A stretch of 64,000 bases of DNA from Escherichia phage vB-Eco-KMB39. The stretch lies in sequence record OR539219.1. The stretch is one strand, 5' to 3'. Of this stretch, positions 60,978 to 64,000 are shown piece after piece. The position numbers and the translations under genes were made by a program. Below the pieces are notes generated by a model, which ran no database searches, was not told where the DNA came from, and saw nothing but the letters and a program-made list of their open reading frames with translations. Every line of letters begins with the position of its first letter. Positions within the stretch are counted from its first letter, which is position 1.

Positions 60978-61193
60978 TTACTCGTCGCAGTCGACGCTCA
61001 ATTCCCAGAATTCTTCTACGGTATAAGTTTCAGTATCATTTTCAATACAGAAACGTTCATTACTGTTATTTGCTAAAGTAGCGTTAACTGTCATTTTCTC
61101 GCTGGTGCTCTTAAGAGGTGAAATACGAATTAACTGATCACCACTATCCAAGCAAAAAATTTCACCAACTTTTACATCTTTAAAGATTTTCAT
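60978..61193 (-). CDS. Hypothetical protein (ndd.x series)
   Basis: 71 aa ORF. Confidence 0.55.
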   Translation of the reverse strand: MKIFKDVKVGEIFCLDSGDQLIRISPLKSTSEKMTVNATLANNSNERFCIENDTETYTVEEFWELSVDCDE

Positions 61194-61201
61194 AATTCAC
61201 C

Positions 61202-61309
61202 TCAAGGAGTATAAAATCCGAATGCAGTTGTTGACCATCCCATCCAATATGGAAAATTTGCACCAATGTAAAACATAAGAATATAAAACCAACCGCTCAA
61301 CAAATTCAT
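61202..61309 (-). CDS. Small hydrophobic peptide (ndd.x series), below ORF-track cutoff
   Basis: Hand-translated 35 aa MNLLSGWFYILMFYIGANFPYWMGWSTTAFGFYTP; ATGA overlap with upstream ORF. Confidence 0.4.
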   Translation of the reverse strand: MNLLSGWFYILMFYIGANFPYWMGWSTTAFGFYTP

Positions 61310-61527
61310 CATTTTACACCATTCCAAATTGTTTCAACCACAGATTTTAAACCATTTTGATGAATATCAATTCCGACTACTGTCATCAAATAGATTCCAA
61401 CTACAACTGAACCTAAGGCAAAAATCAGCATAAAAATGAATAAAGCCGGAAAAATATTATCGAAAAACCATTCAATAAATGTAAAAGCACTGCGTTTACG
61501 CTTCATATTTTCCTCACATAAATCCAA
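61309..61527 (-). CDS. Small membrane protein (ndd.x series)
   Basis: 72 aa ORF; predicted TMD LFIFMLIFALGSVVVGIYLMTVV. Confidence 0.5.
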   Translation of the reverse strand: MDLCEENMKRKRSAFTFIEWFFDNIFPALFIFMLIFALGSVVVGIYLMTVVGIDIHQNGLKSVVETIWNGVK

Positions 61528-61627
61528 AGTAAACGTTTAATACATCAATCATTAAAACGATTGGGAATATACTCAAAACTATTAGTATTATAACTACATT
61601 CCATATAGCTTTAACAATCTTTTTCAT
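61514..61627 (-). CDS. Small hydrophobic peptide (ndd.x series)
   Basis: Probable start MKKIVKAIWNVVIILIVLSIFPIVLMIDVLNVYFGFM (37 aa) just downstream of early promoter and GGAGG; ORF-track N-terminus reads through the promoter. Confidence 0.45.
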   Translation of the reverse strand: MKKIVKAIWNVVIILIVLSIFPIVLMIDVLNVYFGFM

Positions 61628-61655
61628 TTTCTGTTCCTCCGTAGTTGATAGGGTA

Positions 61656-61684
61656 ATAGTACCACGGAAGAACAGTCTTGTAAA
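61656..61684 (-). promoter_or_regulatory. Sigma70-type phage early promoter (conserved cassette)
   Basis: Minus strand: -35 TTTACA, 17 nt, -10 TACTAT, followed by GGAGG and ATG at 61627. Confidence 0.6.
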
Positions 61685-61691
61685 CAACTTT

Positions 61692-61790
61692 TTAAAAATA
61701 TTCGTAATAAATGTGAATACCAATCACCACTGCTGAAACCTGTGCAACCCACCACGCACAAGCAATAAGTACAGAATTCAAAATTTTCAT
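61692..61790 (-). CDS. Small hydrophobic peptide (ndd.x series), below ORF-track cutoff
   Basis: Hand-translated 32 aa MKILNSVLIACAWWVAQVSAVVIGIHIYYEYF; ATGA overlap. Confidence 0.4.
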   Translation of the reverse strand: MKILNSVLIACAWWVAQVSAVVIGIHIYYEYF

Positions 61791-61873
61791 AATAACCTCA
61801 TCACAAAAGTAAATGTTAAACAAATTAATGGAATACTAATTAACCAAACGAAACACCACCATAATGAACTCAT
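61787..61873 (-). CDS. Small hydrophobic peptide (ndd.x series), below ORF-track cutoff
   Basis: Hand-translated 28 aa MSSLWWCFVWLISIPLICLTFTFVMRLL; ATGA overlap. Confidence 0.35.
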   Translation of the reverse strand: MSSLWWCFVWLISIPLICLTFTFVMRLL

Positions 61874-62133
61874 AGCTCAATCTCAGCGATTTTCATTTCA
61901 TTACTATTAATAGCCGCTTTAAGACTATCTGAAAGAATTACATTCCAGTGGTCATTCATATGACCATTAACTAAGCGTGTAATTTCTTCGGGAGTTGAAA
62001 AATAAGGCGTATCAGACTCCCAATGCGATAATCCTAAGCGAGTATAAATCATACCTTCATCATCGCTAGAATATTCAACTGACACAAACTCATCAGTTAT
62101 TTTATGTTTAGCGTAATAAAATTTAAATTTCAT
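61870..62133 (-). CDS. Hypothetical protein (ndd.x series)
   Basis: Probable start MKFKFYYAKHKITDEFVSVEYSSDDEGMIYTRL... (87 aa) after early promoter and GGAGG; ORF-track N-terminus reads through the promoter. Confidence 0.55.
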   Translation of the reverse strand: MKFKFYYAKHKITDEFVSVEYSSDDEGMIYTRLGLSHWESDTPYFSTPEEITRLVNGHMNDHWNVILSDSLKAAINSNEMKIAEIEL

Positions 62134-62161
62134 TTTCCGCTCCTCCGTAGTTGATAGTTGT

Positions 62162-62190
62162 ATAGTACCACGGTCCTTGTGGTATGTAAA
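62162..62190 (-). promoter_or_regulatory. Sigma70-type phage early promoter (conserved cassette)
   Basis: Minus strand: -35 TTTACA, 17 nt, -10 TACTAT; near-identical to the promoters at 58513, 41292 and 61656. Confidence 0.65.
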
Positions 62191-62207
62191 CCGTTTTGTG
62201 AAAATTT

Positions 62208-62765
62208 TTAAATGGAAAGATACCATCCGTTGTAGTTGCTTTTTCTTACAACCTTACGAAGGTCTTCTCTGTCACCGATGAACTTCGGAGTGTACTGGAT
62301 GACACCTGGATGAATTTCTTTAGTGTTGAATATAATTATACAGTCAGCGACTTGATGATTTAGAATGGGCCCTAAATTTATTCCAGAACCATATGGATAC
62401 TCTCCGCTGCATCCCGTTGTTACCGAAATCCAACGCGAGTCAGTTTGATGTGTTTTGACTTCTACACGAAGCCCGCAATATTTTGGATGCGCTAAAACAT
62501 CCCATGCATACGTGTACGGATCATCGACATTTTCTTGGCCTTTATTGACATATCCGCTTAGCCAATCTGCCACAAAAAACTCTGCGTACACAGCGATACG
62601 GCATCTTTCGATAACTTCTGCTTTATCCTGGTTCGGGTTTTGTTTTAAAGAGTATCTTGCTGTATCAGCAATTTTGACCTTCATTTCACTAGTCAAGTCA
62701 CTGTTCGATAGGGTAAATGTCGGAATCTGAAATAGTCTCTGTAAACCCGGATTCGTTTTCTGCAT
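62208..62765 (-). CDS. denB: Endonuclease IV (dC-specific ssDNA endonuclease)
   Basis: 185 aa (same as T4 DenB); MQKTNPGLQRLFQIPTFTLSNSDLTSEMKVKIADTARY... Confidence 0.88.
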   Translation of the reverse strand: MQKTNPGLQRLFQIPTFTLSNSDLTSEMKVKIADTARYSLKQNPNQDKAEVIERCRIAVYAEFFVADWLSGYVNKGQENVDDPYTYAWDVLAHPKYCGLRVEVKTHQTDSRWISVTTGCSGEYPYGSGINLGPILNHQVADCIIIFNTKEIHPGVIQYTPKFIGDREDLRKVVRKSNYNGWYLSI

Positions 62766-62810
62766 TTAAACTTTCCTTTATGTCGGAATCATAATTTCTC
62801 TTAAAACAAA

Positions 62811-62826
62811 AGGGCCGAAGCCCTTA
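62811..62826 (-). terminator. Intrinsic terminator (UUCG-loop hairpin)
   Basis: AAGGGCCGAAGCCCTT; minus-strand hairpin followed by UUUGUUUU. Confidence 0.55.
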
Positions 62827-62828
62827 TT

Positions 62829-63023
62829 TTATTTGAATTGTGCGATTCTTTTCTCTAGACACTCAGCATAAGATTTCATTGAGATGAACTGCGAAAGTAG
62901 CAGTTCTTGCTCAACTGCGTTAACTGTTAGAAACTTTGCGCTTTCTAAAAATTTACTCAGTGCATTAATTTTGAGCATTAATTGATCGTATTCTTCTTTT
63001 ACTCGTGCTTGATAACCTAACAT
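62829..63023 (-). CDS. Hypothetical protein (position of T4 denB.1)
   Basis: 64 aa ORF with RBS AAGGAAA. Confidence 0.55.
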   Translation of the reverse strand: MLGYQARVKEEYDQLMLKINALSKFLESAKFLTVNAVEQELLLSQFISMKSYAECLEKRIAQFK

Positions 63024-63037
63024 AATTTTCCTTAGTT

Positions 63038-63053
63038 AAGGGCCGAAGCCCTT
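63038..63053 (-). other. RNA hairpin overlapping rIIB stop codon
   Basis: AAGGGCCGAAGCCCTT, identical to the hairpin at 62811; no T-run. Confidence 0.45.
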
Positions 63054-63990
63054 ATTTAAATTGTTCAGTAACGTCTTCAACTACTTCGTATTGGCAGGTA
63101 CGCATTTTAGCATCGTTGTAATCAATCGGAATTGATACTACATCACGCGGATGTACTTTAACTTTTACAACTCGGCTAGTTGAACTGCCAAAGTGACGAA
63201 TATAAGATTTAGAACACACATGCAGACCACGAGAACAAGTTTGTGTATCATCGTCATTCACACGAGTACGCGGCATTTTAACTACTTTACCAGGACTGTT
63301 ATCAAAGGTGTTTGAGTGACAGTCAAAGTAGTTGTCACGAACTACTTTCCAAGCATAGAAGTAACCATCTTCTGTAATTTCAATATCGTTTGCTACCAAG
63401 AAATCAAAGAGTCGAGATACCGCTTTCTGGCTTGGGTTTTCCAGCAGATTTTCCAAGAACGGAAAATAAAATTCAAAGTTTTCACCTTTTTCCATCGAAT
63501 CGAGAATACGATCAACTAAACCAGACCGTAATTCGATATTTTGATAGAACAAGCTTCCGCCTTCAATTCGAACATCGCCGGAAATATATTTTTCAACAGC
63601 GCGACGAACATTAATTTTTTGTGCCGCTTCTTCTAACTTATCTGCTACGAGCAGATTAAGAATTTCCTGGAAGTTTGAATGAGTATTAGGAGTTGCGTTA
63701 TAAGTTACACCGTCAACAGTAATCGAAATGAATTTTTTAGATGCATTCCAAATAATGTCAGATTTAGCAACTGGAGCAATAACTGCATCGCTATTAACTT
63801 TAACTGTAATATCACCGCTAATAGTAACTTTAGAGCGTTTAGCTTCTTCAGCATTTTTCAAAACACGACGAATTGTGTCAACCGATACACCTTGCCAATC
63901 AGCCAATTCCTGTTGGGTGTAATTACCACTTGAATACAGTTTAACAATTTCAGCTTGTTCGTTTTTGGTCAGGCATTTAATATTGTACAT
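63052..63990 (-). CDS. rIIB: rIIB rapid-lysis / membrane-associated protein
   Basis: 312 aa; MYNIKCLTKNEQAEIVKLYSSGNYTQQELADWQGVSVDTIRRVLKNAEE... matches recalled T4 rIIB. Confidence 0.92.
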   Translation of the reverse strand: MYNIKCLTKNEQAEIVKLYSSGNYTQQELADWQGVSVDTIRRVLKNAEEAKRSKVTISGDITVKVNSDAVIAPVAKSDIIWNASKKFISITVDGVTYNATPNTHSNFQEILNLLVADKLEEAAQKINVRRAVEKYISGDVRIEGGSLFYQNIELRSGLVDRILDSMEKGENFEFYFPFLENLLENPSQKAVSRLFDFLVANDIEITEDGYFYAWKVVRDNYFDCHSNTFDNSPGKVVKMPRTRVNDDDTQTCSRGLHVCSKSYIRHFGSSTSRVVKVKVHPRDVVSIPIDYNDAKMRTCQYEVVEDVTEQFK

Positions 63991-64000
63991 AATTTTCCTT

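Overview
This 64 kb window is a contiguous segment of a T4-like (T-even, Tevenvirinae) myophage genome, collinear with phage T4 from the 3' end of gene 24 to rIIB. All assignments rest on ORF structure, motifs and my recollection of T4 protein sequences; no database search was run. Gene order: 24(partial)-rnlB-hoc-inh (minus) | segD-uvsW-HNH-uvsW.1 (plus) | uvsY-25-26 (minus) | 51-27-28-29-48-54 baseplate (plus) | two alt paralogs-30-30.x-rIII-31-cd-pseT-spanins-alc-rnlA-denA-nrdB-mobE-nrdA-td(group I intron + I-TevI)-frd-32-segG-59-33-dsbA-rnh (minus) | 34-35-36-37-38-t tail fibre and holin (plus) | asiA-arn-motA-52-ac-stp-ndd-denB-rIIB (minus). It is not T4 itself: gp38 is a 260 aa glycine-rich T2/T6-type adhesin, gp37 carries a C-terminal intramolecular-chaperone-like domain, Hoc has an extra Ig-like domain and nrdB has no intron. 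I found no clearly undescribed multi-gene system; this is a densely packed, largely well-characterised region. The items that look most unusual relative to T4 are an HNH homing-endonuclease gene with a TTG start wedged between uvsW and uvsW.1, an extra ORF between frd and td, a second intact alt-like ADP-ribosyltransferase gene, and a NADAR-like ORF near gene 30. No tRNA, rRNA or CRISPR features were seen. Many promoters and hairpin terminators are recognisable, including a family of near-identical early-promoter cassettes.
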